A DNA stretch of 63,842 nt, counting the filler, from Thraustochytrium aureum (Eukaryota): NCBI GenBank assembly GCA_012862495.1. It is 4 parts of 2 records of this genome, joined end to end, with 100 filler letters (N's around TTAATTAATTAA, not from the genome) between each part and the next. Parts side by side here need not be neighbours in the genome. Positions count along the whole stretch, not along the records: positions 17,942 to 48,358 come from BLSG01000379.1; 3 more parts are not named here. One strand, 5' to 3'. Positions 34,092-44,310 of the stretch are shown piece after piece. The first letter of the stretch is position 1, and each line of letters opens with the position of its first letter. The translations under genes and the position numbers were made by a program. The notes under the pieces were generated by a model that was given only the letters and a program-made list of their open reading frames with translations, had not been told where the DNA came from and ran no database searches.

Positions 34092-34323
34092 CCACGGGGG
34101 GCTCTTGCGGCCGCGGCCGGCCGACCTCAGCACAGCCAAAAGGGGTAAATAGCAAAAAGCAAGGTTGCTTCTCGATCGAGCCGAGACGACAATTCTTCGC
34201 CTCCGAGTCCTTCACCAACTGGGCCCTCTAGAGCTAGGTATACAGTCCTCCGTTGCACCGTTGGCGCCCCCAAGCGTCCCGTCGTTCATAAGGAGAAGGG
34301 GCACACGCGCCCACGCCAGGCCT

Positions 34324-37300
34324 CTAACGCAGGCGGCGGCTATTGTACGCAGAGTGCGCGGCCAACTTGCGCCAGCCCACGTCCTGTTCAGCAAAGCAGC
34401 TCGAGCGCGTCCAGTCTACGGCGAGCATGCGCGTTGGGTCGTTCGGCCCGAGGTCTACCCATTCGCTGAGGCGCGGGTTGAACGCATACGCGATGCGGTA
34501 CGGCGCGTTCGGGTGGTTGAGCTGGTCAACCTCGACGATCTTCCCAGGAAACCACCCTATCGGCTTGTCACGGGGGTAGTCGAAGCGCGACATGACCAGC
34601 GTCCCAGGCGCATACGTGGTCTCCCTGTTCTTGATCTGGCGGTCCGTCTTTGCAAACTTGAGCTCGACGCCGTCGGCAGAGCACAGCGGGCACACAAACT
34701 CCTTGAGCTGCTCGGCATCACGGCGTTCAACGTCGAGACCAAAGCAGCCCGGGTGCACCCAGCCGTTGCAAGCGCCCGTTGCTTTCGTGCACTGCAAAAA
34801 CCACTCGCCGGCGCCGGCTTGCAACACGGCCTCTTTTGAGCGCTGACAAACGCAGTACAACTGGGGAGGGCCCACGGTTTCGCGAGCTTTGACGGAACGG
34901 GACAGCGACTTGCGAGTGCGCTTTGCGCCGCGTTTACCGCCGAGAGGACTCGGCCCTCCCGCCTCCTCGTCAGAGGACTCGGCCTCCAGCTCGGCCAGGG
35001 CCTCAAACTCTTTCAGGTGCTGCTTGATCTTGTCGACGCCCGTCGGGTCGCCCCCGCGGGCGGCTCGCAAGCGCTCAATCTGGGCGGTCAGCGAGTACGT
35101 TTCGTTGCGTTCCTCCACCTGCCGTGCGTTCCACTTGGCGATGAACTTCTTGCGGTATTCGTACAGTGTCAGGAACTGCTCAACCTCCCCCGCGTCGTCC
35201 TGCTCCTCGCCGTCGTCCTGCTCCTCGTCCTCCTGGTCGGCGGCCTCTTCCTCCTCCTCCTCTGCGTCGGCGTCGGCCTCTGCCGCCGCCTCGCCACCGT
35301 CGTCCTCTTTCGAAAGCTTGCTACTTGCAACAGGCGGTGGTGCAGGGGCGCCTTGCCCGTCGCCCCGGGGCGCTGGGACTGCGCCTGGCCCGCCGTCCCC
35401 AGCGCTGCCGGGCTGCGGCGGTATGTGCTGTATCGAATACCAGCCCGAGTCTGTGCGGATTTTCGGGTTGAGCGCCTTCTTGATGTCGATGCTCACATGG
35501 ACGGGATCACGTACTCCTTGCCGCTTTGGCAGTCCACGATGCGGCCGCTTGGCAGCAGGTCGCCCCAAAAGGACTTGCCCTTGTAGTGGATTCGGAGCGT
35601 GCGCGGCCCCGCCGCGATCATGCCGGAATCCAGCAAGTTCTTCAGGGTGACCTTCTTCTTGTCGCGCAGCTTGCCGAGGCCAGACCCAGAAGCCTCCTGC
35701 GCGCCGCCGCTCTGCTCGTCGGTCCCGCTCCCGGCCCCGCCCCCCTCCCCATCGCTGCTGTCGCTGTCCACTTGCAGGTGAAAGAAACCCGAGGCACGCG
35801 TTGCTACGGCGCGCGTCGCGCCCCGGCTCGTGGCGCGGCGCCCCGAGGGGCCCGAGACGGGCGGCGCGCTGGCGTCCACCTGCTTCCACGGAGCAGACGT
35901 GGTGACCGGGCCAACCTGGGCGCTCCCGAAGGCGTGCGCGCTCGTCCGAGCGCGCGCCCCAAACCCAACAGGGAGGGAGCCGGACGGCGTGCCCGAGCCG
36001 AGCACCCGCGCGCCGATTGCTCCGGTCGTCGTGGAGATTGTCGAACCCCGCCGCGATGCCCGCTGCTCGCGCCCCACGCCAACAGAAGGGGCAGCGGCTT
36101 GGGCCCCGCCGAGCTCCGCGCCGCTGGCGGCGGGGCTGCTCGAGAACCGGCGCGCCGCGGCGTCGTCCCGCACCTCTGCCAAAGGCTTGCCTTGGTAGTA
36201 GACCGAGTACCAGCCGTTGTCTGCCTTGAGGCCCGGGTCGCGAAGCCGCTTGATGTAGACGCTATAGCTCGAGAGCGAGTCAAACTCGAGCCCGCAAAAC
36301 ATGATGAGGCCTTCGCTAGTCAGCGAGGCCCTGTGCACCTCGTTGCCGTGCGACATCTCCAGGACGTTGTCGCCTGGCAGGATGACGCCGGCGTCGAGCA
36401 TCTCCTTCAGCGTGGCAAAGGCGGCCGGTTGCTTGCTGCGCGGCGCGTCTTCCAGGGCCTCCAGGCCGTCGGGCAGCGACCCCGTGCCCTCCGAGACAAA
36501 CGCCTTCCAGCGCCGATAGTCGTCGGTGTCCTTGTACCGCCGATAGTAATACGTGACCAGGTCCTGCGGAACCTTGCCGTTTCGGCGAAAGATGGGGACC
36601 TGGCGCCAGATTTGCATAAAGTCCTTGAGGTGCTCAAACATGGCCTTGTGGAACCAGACCTTCTCCTCCTCCGTCCAGTCCGCCGTCGTGTCCTCGCGCT
36701 CGTCGGCATCCGCGCGCAGAGGCTCGGGCTCTGTCTGGAAAACCTTGGCCCACGCCCCGATGCTGCCCTTGCCCTCGCCCACAATCTTGTTCAGCGGGCG
36801 CGCGTTCGAAATGAGCATTGGGATCTCCACCTGAAAGTCCGAGCCGACGCGCGGACCTGGGCCCTGCGGGAGAATAGCCGAGCCCATGTCTTGCGTGGAG
36901 GACGGCGCGCTTTCGCCGCCACCACTCGCCTCGCTGCCTGCAGATTCGCCCTGGTCAACGGCGCTGCTTTCTACGCCGTCGCCAGGGACAGAGGAAGCGG
37001 AGCCCTCTTTCCGCTCAGCGCGGCCTGCGTTGGCATCGCTGATGCCTTGCTTGGCTGCGGCAACTGCCGCCGCCGAGCCCCGCCGCGGGCTCCCGTGCGC
37101 CAAACGCGCTGAGGCTGTAATGCTGCTCGACGCCGCGCGCCCGCTAATAGCCGGCGCAACGTCCCGCGGAGAAAACTCCCCAGACGCGCGGCGCTCTGCG
37201 GATTGGCCAATCTCGACGCGGGAGCTCCGCCGAGACCCATTCGGTGACCGCGCCTGAAGTGTCGGGCTGAGCCCTCCGCTCTCCTCCGCCGACGCTCGCC

Positions 37301-38999
37301 TTCGCTTGTGGGCGCGGGGCGACACCACTGCAGAGAGGTGCTTGTCGCTGGCCATGATCGACGAGGCTGGTTCTGCTTTTTGAAGGGAAACCCGTCCGCG
37401 GTTCNNNNNNNNNNNNNNNNNNNNNNNNNNNNNNNNNNNNNNNNNNNNNNNNNNNNNNNNNNNNNNNNNNNNNNNNNNNNNNNNNNNNNNNNNNNNNNNN
37501 NNNNNNNNNNNNNNNNNNNNNNNNNNNNNNNNNNNNNNNGCTGAGTGCTGCTTTTTGAAGGGAAACCCGTCCGCGGTTCGCGCGCACTGCCCGACGGGGA
37601 CGCCAAAGATGGGAGACTGCCCGCGCGATGAAGGTAGCATATCGTGGTCGCTGCCAACACCGCCGTCCTCGCTGCGGCGTGGCGACCCGCCGGGGTCTGC
37701 CCCGCCCCACGAGAAGCGGTGTTCGCTCGCGGCCTCGCCGCTGCCCTCAAGGGCATGGCGCCAGCTCGCACCGCGCGGCGATCCGCTGCCCGGGCTGGCG
37801 TTGGCGAGACCGAGCTCGCGGCCGGGCGAGCCGGCGATCTCCATTGCGCGCGGCGAGACATCGCCCGCCGCACTCATCGAGTCGTGGCCGCGCATGTCAG
37901 CGCCTGGGGCTCCTTCATCGCCGAGCACCCAGTTTGCGCTTGGCGTTCGCTGCAGCGGCGCCAGTCCCGTGTCCACCAAAACTTGCAGGTCGTTGTCTTT
38001 GTGCCTTTCCAATGCGTCTGCGGACCCGATGTCCGAGCTCGGGCCGAGGCTTGTCGTTTCGATAGCTTCCGTATCTGCGCGCTTGACCGAGTCGCTGATC
38101 TTGCTCTGTGGGCTCTTCCTAGTTTGCGCGGCATCCTTTCCGGAGCTCGTTGGGGGGCGGCTGGATGCAGACCCGCTTCCGCTGCCTTTGCCAGAGCCTG
38201 CAAGGGCAGACGTGGTCTCCACCTTGAGTCGAGGCCTGGCGTCGCTCGCGCTGGTCGGCGGCAAATCTGCACTACGAAGGGAGGAGCGCCTTGGCTTTGG
38301 GCTGGGATCTTTACTGGGCTCTGCATTTGCAGACTTGGGCGCGCCAAGTCTCGAGGCCTTGGACAGCGACGTTCGCGTTGTGCTGCCGCTCGCGATCGCG
38401 TTTGAGCCCAAGGGCGGGTCTGATGCACTCTCGTCTGAATCCATCAGTTCGGCGTATACTTTCCTTACACGCCTCGGGCGCTTGCCAAGCGAAGATTTGG
38501 CGCTGGATTCTTCCTCTTCCTCGGTCTTTGCAACCCGCACGACCCGCAGGAGCGAGAGCCGCGCACGCCCGCGCATTTTCAGCGAGAGCTCCACGTCATA
38601 CCCTGGCTTCCAGGTAAACGACTCCTTTGGCGCAATCCGATCCAGTTCGGCTGGGCCGTCGGACTCTGGGTCGAAGCACCTGAGGGTGTTCCTGCCGACG
38701 TTTTTCACGCTGACGCGGTCCAGGCCGAAGGATATCTCCATCTGCTTGCGACTTGCTTTGCTATCTTCGATCTTGAGTTGCTCGTGCGGCGGGGTCAGCT
38801 CGGTATCCCGCCCGACCGTGCGAACGTCGCCAGGACCGCACAACAGGCACCACATTTGCAACCGATTCTGCACCATCCACTCCCCACTCCCCGCGCCCCG
38901 GCCGCCCTTCCCGACCAGCTTGACCACCACATCGCCTTCCTCGGCAGTCTCCACCACAAAACCGCCTTCCGCGCCATCAAGCGCCCTGTACGGGGGCAT
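34324..38999 (-). CDS. Multidomain chromatin protein: FHA-like, ELM2-SANT, two RAMA domains, PHD, Tudor/chromo-barrel (frameshift near 35495, small gap)
   Basis: TVGRD..ASRKQMEI..VGRNT; PRVGSDFQVEIP; WTEEEKVWFHKAM..LVTYYY; TLKEMLDAGVILPG..NGWYSVYY; VTLKNLLDSGMI..SGWYSI; YCVC..CNGWVHPGC..CPLC; WFPGKIVEV..SEWV. Confidence 0.8.
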
Positions 39000-39942
39000 C
39001 CTGCCAGCAGCAACCGCCACCGAGCCGCCTCGTTCCCCGTCAAGCGCGCGTCTTCCCCACGCCCGCGGCCGCCACGCCGCCACGCCCGCCCGCCCGCACG
39101 CACGCCCGCTCGNNNNNNNNNNNNNNNNNNNNNNNNNNNNNNNNNNNNNNNNNNNNNNNNNNNNNNNNNNNNNNNNNNNNNNNNNNNNNNNNNNNNNNNN
39201 NNNNNNNNNNNNNNNNNNNNNNNNNNNNNNNNNNNNNNNNNNNNNNNNNNNNNNNNNNNNNNNNNNNNNNNNNNNNNNNNNNNNNNNNNNNNNNNNNNNN
39301 NNNNNNNNNNNNNNNNNNNNNNNNNNNNNNNNNNNNNNNNNNNNNNNNNNNNNNNNNNNNNNNNNNNNNNNNNNNNNNNNNNNNNNNNNNNNNNNNNNNN
39401 NNNNNNNNNNNNNNNNNNNNNNNNNNNNNNNNNNNNNNNNNNNNNNNNNNNNNNNNNNNNNNNNNNNNNNNNNNNNNNNNNNNNNNNNNNNNNNNNNNNN
39501 NNNNNNNNNNNNNNNNNNNNNNNNNNNNNNNNNNNNNNNNNNNNNNNNNNNNNNNNNNNNNNNNNNNNNNNNNNNNNNAACTTTTGAACGGCCGAAGCGC
39601 TGTCAGGCCCGATAACACGAGCACCATGAAAAAGCAAAATAAAGACAAAGTCAACCAAAACCGATCAAACAGCCCACGTCGCGCCCTGTGGCAAAGCTCT
39701 CACCACCTCACTCGTGCTCGACCTTGTTGGCGATAATGGCGTTCAAGAACTGGACAATGATTGCATGGTTCGTTCATCTTGGTTTTGAAAGGTTTCGGTG
39801 TCTGAGCATGTGGCCGCACATGCTCCCACCTACAACCTCATCCCCCTGACATGGTTGGTCCCGCTGCGGCTGCCAAATGGGCGGCCCAGAACCTAGCGAG
39901 CGCAGATTCTAACCCCACCAACCAATGGAGTACATCAACCAA

Positions 39943-40043
39943 GTGGCGCAGCGAGACGTCCCTGTTGGTGCTGCCTGACCTAGGTTGGGCAGCTCTGTTT
40001 CTTTCACCTTTTCTTTCACTTTGCTTTTGAGGTCGCAGCTCCC
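39943..40043 (+). repeat. Dispersed repeat, copy 2 (copy 1 at 5854-5948)
   Basis: 40 bp identity plus diverged extension. Confidence 0.85.
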
Positions 40044-40281
40044 GAACAGGCCAGAAATGACGAGCACTCGTTGGCCGTCTTTCTTCATGAACTACTTAAT
40101 CATTGATGACGCGCTCTCGGAGCAGGGCTGGCTGGGCGCGCGCGTGCGCGGCTGTGGGCGAGATACCGGGCTGTTCACCGTCTGTTGCACGTTGGCGGTC
40201 TGTCTGATTTGATGTTGGCGCGGACGTGCTACGCGCAGTGGTGCTCTCAATCAAGAAGTGCGGTGGGAAAAAACTGAAAAC

Positions 40282-40457
40282 TGCATTTTGATTGGTTTGG
40301 TCGATGAAGAGAAGTGCGTGCGGGTCGAGGTCGCGATCCCATGCGAGCTCGTCGTGTTTTCCCGACCCCTTGCTCCGCAAACTCTTGCAGTGTGATCTCT
40401 AGCTAGAATCCGACGAGACCGCGACCCGTCCCGATTTCTACGGAGCCTGTTGTGCAA
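40282..40457 (-). mobile_element. Possible degenerate IS630/Tc1/mariner transposase fragment
   Basis: LAWDRDLDPHALLFIDQTN resembles the first-Asp motif (LDPxxLVFIDET) of IS630/Tc1 DDE domains; short match only. Confidence 0.2.
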
Positions 40458-40494
40458 GCTCGGCTTCGATAAAGTCCTTGCTCCAGCTAGAGAT

Positions 40495-42180
40495 CTAGCC
40501 CGCCTTGGGTGTGGCGAGCTTGTACGAGACGTCGATGATCTCCGCCGGTAACGGCTGGCTCTCTTCTTCGGGGATCATTACCTCGATGTAGGCCGCGCCG
40601 TCGTGCGTTTCGATCTTTTCAAAGGCGGCGTCGAGCTCCGCAACAGTAGAGACCTTGGCCACGAACCAGTTCTTGCACCCAAAGGCGTCGGGGAGCTTGT
40701 GGTATACGAGCGGCGCAAGGTCGTCGTAGGGGTGGCCCCGCTGCGAGAGGACGTCCTCGACACCAAAGATCCCGTTGTTGAGCACAAAGATCTTGGGCTT
40801 GATGCCGTACCGCCCCATGACGCCAAGCTCATTGAGCGTAAGCTGGTGCGCGCCGTCGCCGGTGACCATCCAGGTGCGCCCCTTGGTGTTGGCCATGGCG
40901 ACGCCGAGGGTGGCTGGAGTGCCCCAGCCAATAGAGCCCCACAGGCCTTGACCCTCCGCGGTCACACCACTGGGCAGCGTCATCTTATTGAGGTATGTCA
41001 TGCACGTGCCGGTCTCGATCACGACCACGTCGCCGCTCTTGAGCTGGCGCTGCAGACGAGGGTAAAAGTTGGGCGAGGCCGTGGGGTCTGTCGGCGAGCC
41101 CGTGAGGGGCATTAGCTCGGCCTTGAGCGAGACGGTGCCAGGGCGCGTCGTAACCTTTTCGACGAGAGCATTGAGCACGTCATCAACGGCGCAGTTGAGC
41201 CAGACCTTGTTGCCAACCCGCACCCAGTTGTCGTTGATGGACAGCAGCTTGTCTGCGGGAGGCATCGAGCTCCAAAGGCCCGTGTTGAGCTCGGTTGGGA
41301 TGAAACCGCCAATGTCGAGGAGCACGTCCGCGGAATCCACCAGTGCGCTCACCTCCTTCGAGCTCGACCACATCCCGGCAAAGAGTCCGACGTACTGCGG
41401 CAGCGACTCGTCTAGCGAGCCCTTCTCGCTCGGCATCATCGTGGTCGGGATGTTGAGCTTGGACACCAGTTGCGCCACCACGCTGCGCAGTCCGTAGCGG
41501 ATCGGCGTCGCCGAGACGATGGCCACCGGGTTTTTGGCCGCCGCAAGGCGGGCCAAGATCGTCTCGACCGCTGCGTCTAGCTCGACCTTGACGCTTCGCT
41601 GGCGCTTGATCTGCGCCAGCGCAACGCCAGCCACGGGCGTGCCAAGAACTGGCATGACGCCGTTCACCTGCGAGATAACAATGTACGCAGGCATGCTCTG
41701 CCGCAGCGCCTCGGAGATCACGCGCTCCATCTCGACAACGCAGTTATCCGGCGTTAGAACCGCGCTCACGCACGCCGCCGAGCCCGAGATCTCGAAGAAG
41801 CGGTCGTACTTGTTGTCGCCCAGATTGTGGTGCGTCAGGAGCCCCAACCGCTGCGTGCGCTCGCTAGGCATGCCAACCAGGTGAAACACCGGCGTGCGGT
41901 GGGCTTTGGCGCCCATCACGCCATTGATCGCCGAAAGCTCGCCGACGCCGTACGTTGTGGACAGCATGCCGCAGCCAACCAAGCGGGCGTATCCGTCAGC
42001 TGCATACGCTGCGTTCAGCTCGTTCGCGCACGCCACCCACTCGAGCCCGGGCACTTGCTCTGCCGCGTCGTTAATGCTAAACGCATAGTCGCCGGGAACT
42101 CCGAAGATCTTGGTAATCCCCAGAGCGTGGAGTCGCGTCAGCGCATATCGCGCCACGGTCATCGGTTTGTCGTCGGCCAT
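40495..42180 (-). CDS. PDC: Thiamine-diphosphate-dependent pyruvate/indolepyruvate (alpha-keto acid) decarboxylase
   Basis: IFGVPGDY, CANELNAAYAADGYAR, TTYGVGELSAING, THHNLG, LWGSIGW, TGDGAHQLTLNELG..VLNN (ThDP motif); intact 561 aa. Confidence 0.93.
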   Translation of the reverse strand: MADDKPMTVARYALTRLHALGITKIFGVPGDYAFSINDAAEQVPGLEWVACANELNAAYAADGYARLVGCGMLSTTYGVGELSAINGVMGAKAHRTPVFHLVGMPSERTQRLGLLTHHNLGDNKYDRFFEISGSAACVSAVLTPDNCVVEMERVISEALRQSMPAYIVISQVNGVMPVLGTPVAGVALAQIKRQRSVKVELDAAVETILARLAAAKNPVAIVSATPIRYGLRSVVAQLVSKLNIPTTMMPSEKGSLDESLPQYVGLFAGMWSSSKEVSALVDSADVLLDIGGFIPTELNTGLWSSMPPADKLLSINDNWVRVGNKVWLNCAVDDVLNALVEKVTTRPGTVSLKAELMPLTGSPTDPTASPNFYPRLQRQLKSGDVVVIETGTCMTYLNKMTLPSGVTAEGQGLWGSIGWGTPATLGVAMANTKGRTWMVTGDGAHQLTLNELGVMGRYGIKPKIFVLNNGIFGVEDVLSQRGHPYDDLAPLVYHKLPDAFGCKNWFVAKVSTVAELDAAFEKIETHDGAAYIEVMIPEEESQPLPAEIIDVSYKLATPKAG

Positions 42181-42806
42181 CGTGCCAGATCTGTCTCCTG
42201 GTTGGTTGGTCGGTACGCGTTGACAGCGGGCTCTGGTTCGCGATGCGTTTGGGGTCTGCTCTAGCTCCAGCTAGGGTCACTGTCCATCAACGCCTTCATC
42301 AGGCCACGAGGGCGACTCTCTCTCTAGCTCTAGCTGGACGGTTGAGGTAGGCCGACGGGGCACTTGTGAGCTCGAGAGCCCAGCTCGACAATTCACACCG
42401 GACCCTCCGCTACACAGTCGGAGTGCTTGCCGACTCGCTCTAGCTCTAGCTTGAGCAAGAGATGTTCATAGGCCTACTACATTCCAACCAACGGCCGATG
42501 GCCAGTTGGGCCTTCTTTCGGCGATGGTGAGCAGGCTCATCAACCAACGTTATGAGTCAACCGCCACGCCGTTATTTTCGGCCCCACTCTGGCAGCCCAA
42601 GACCATCAATGAGGTGTCAAAGGAGCCCGGTGAGGCCCATCGCTTGCCTGGCCGCGCCATGTCGGCGGGCCATGGGCGACACAATTTCCGGTAGCGGTCT
42701 GAACTGAATTGGGACGACGGCAGAGTCCTGTGTGGAGGGACTCGTTGAAGGCGCGACACTGCCGAAGAGCACTTCACCTTCCAAGTCCTCTCGCGACTCG
42801 CCAAAT

Positions 42807-42888
42807 CCCGTGCGCTGCCGGTGATTTACATCGACATTTGGCCCGCGCGCGCTGCCCTTGATTCACATCGACATTTGGCCTGCTCGTT
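42807..42888. repeat. About 37-bp tandem repeat (TGATT(T/C)ACATCGACATTTGGCC...) running into a gap
   Basis: Copies start at 42822 and 42859, each preceded by GCGCTGCC. Confidence 0.75.
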
Positions 42889-43190
42889 NNNNNNNNNNNN
42901 NNNNNNNNNNNNNNNNNNNNNNNNNNNNNNNNNNNNNNNNNNNNNNNNNNNNNNNNNNNNNNNNNNNNNNNNNNNNNNNNNNNNNNNNNNNNNNNNNNNN
43001 NNNNNNNNNNNNNNNNNNNNNNNNNNNNNNNNNNNNNNNNNNNNNNNNNNNNNNNNNNNNNNNNNNNNNNNNNNNNNNNNNNNNNNNNNNNNNNNNNNNN
43101 NNNNNNNNNNNNNNNNNNNNNNNNNNNNNNNNNNNNNNNNNNNNNNNNNNNNNNNNNNNNNNNNNNNNNNNNNNNNNNNNNNNNNNNNNN

Positions 43191-44251
43191 TGGTGGCTTG
43201 CTGGCTTGCGTGACCCGAGCGCTGCTGACGTGCTGGCGCGAGAACACGCGGGAAGGCGAGGGAGCGCAAGCTCGAGCAAGTTGAGCGGCGCAGGCAGGAG
43301 CGGCTGGCTCTGCGGGAGAAGAGGAAGGAGAAGGTGGAAGCGGCGTTTCACGACGTCGCCCCCAAACCAGGCAAAGGGTGCAGCCCAGGGCGCCGGGTGC
43401 TGCTGTTTCAACGCGAAGCCGCTGCCCCAGAGCCGCTGAGGCTGGAAGCGCTCCCGAAATCCCCGCCCCAATCGCTCAAACCTCTGCCAGCCTTTTCATC
43501 ATACAAATTCCCGCCGTCGACCGAGTCGCTCATCGCACCACGGCCGGCTAAAGAAAAGGCTGCACAAGCGCCACTGCAGCGCGCTCCCAGTACCGGGCGT
43601 CCAGGGACTGCATGCACGTTACGGGACCTTCGATGGGACGTACCTCCCCCGCGCGGCGGAGTGCGCCGGTTCAGGGTGAGGACGCTGTGTCTGCCAGGCC
43701 TGCCAAAGCCGCCGCCTTACGTCCCACCAGCTCCGCCCTCGCCGCTCGTCCGATCTGCCGCGCAACCGCGTCAATCGCACGCGACTCGGGCGGCCATTGC
43801 CGCAGGGCCCTTGTCGGGCCTCGCGAAATTCAATGCACCGCCATACAAGTTCCCGCCGGCGATGGTGGTCGGGGCTCGCTCGACTGCCGCCTTTCAAAGG
43901 TTTTCCATACCGCTTGCGCAGTTTCCTCCTTTCGAGGGTGGGGGAACTGTTGTGGCGCCGCTTAAACCCTTTGGGGTTCGGCCCGTGCGCTTCCCGCCCA
44001 CTGATGCACACGCGCAGCTGTCGCGGTTTTCTGTCGCGCCGAGCTCGTTTCCTCAAGTCGTCCCGGCTGGTGCGACCTCTGGGCTGAGCAAACTCAAGGT
44101 TAACCCTCGGGCATTCCCGGGCGAAAGCGCGAAACCCGAAGGTGCGGGCGATCAATTGGGTCCGCTGCGGCAATTCGCCGTTCAGCCCGGCCGCTTTCCA
44201 GCTGCACCGCTGGGTCGCTTTGGCATCCCTCTGGCCCATTTCCCACCCTGA
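43191..44251 (+). CDS. Uncharacterised protein with coiled coil and 13-aa LxxFx(V/I)xPxxFPP repeats (5' end in gap; probable frameshift near 43250)
   Basis: KARERKLEQVERRRQERLALREKRKEKVE, then about 8 copies of a Phe-Pro motif up to TGA at 44251. Confidence 0.65.
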
Positions 44252-44310
44252 CAAGCCCCGAAAAACTCTGAAAACATGTTGTGACGAGTTCGTTCTACGC
44301 ATGCACCAAA

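Noticed and set aside
37373..37579. About 32-bp direct repeat flanking the gap in the RAMA gene
   Set aside because: Duplicated contig ends around a gap are most likely an assembly overlap artefact
42807..42888. 37-bp period repeat as a CRISPR array
   Set aside because: Only about two units are visible, the intervening sequence is itself similar and too short for spacers, there are no cas genes, and the context is eukaryotic
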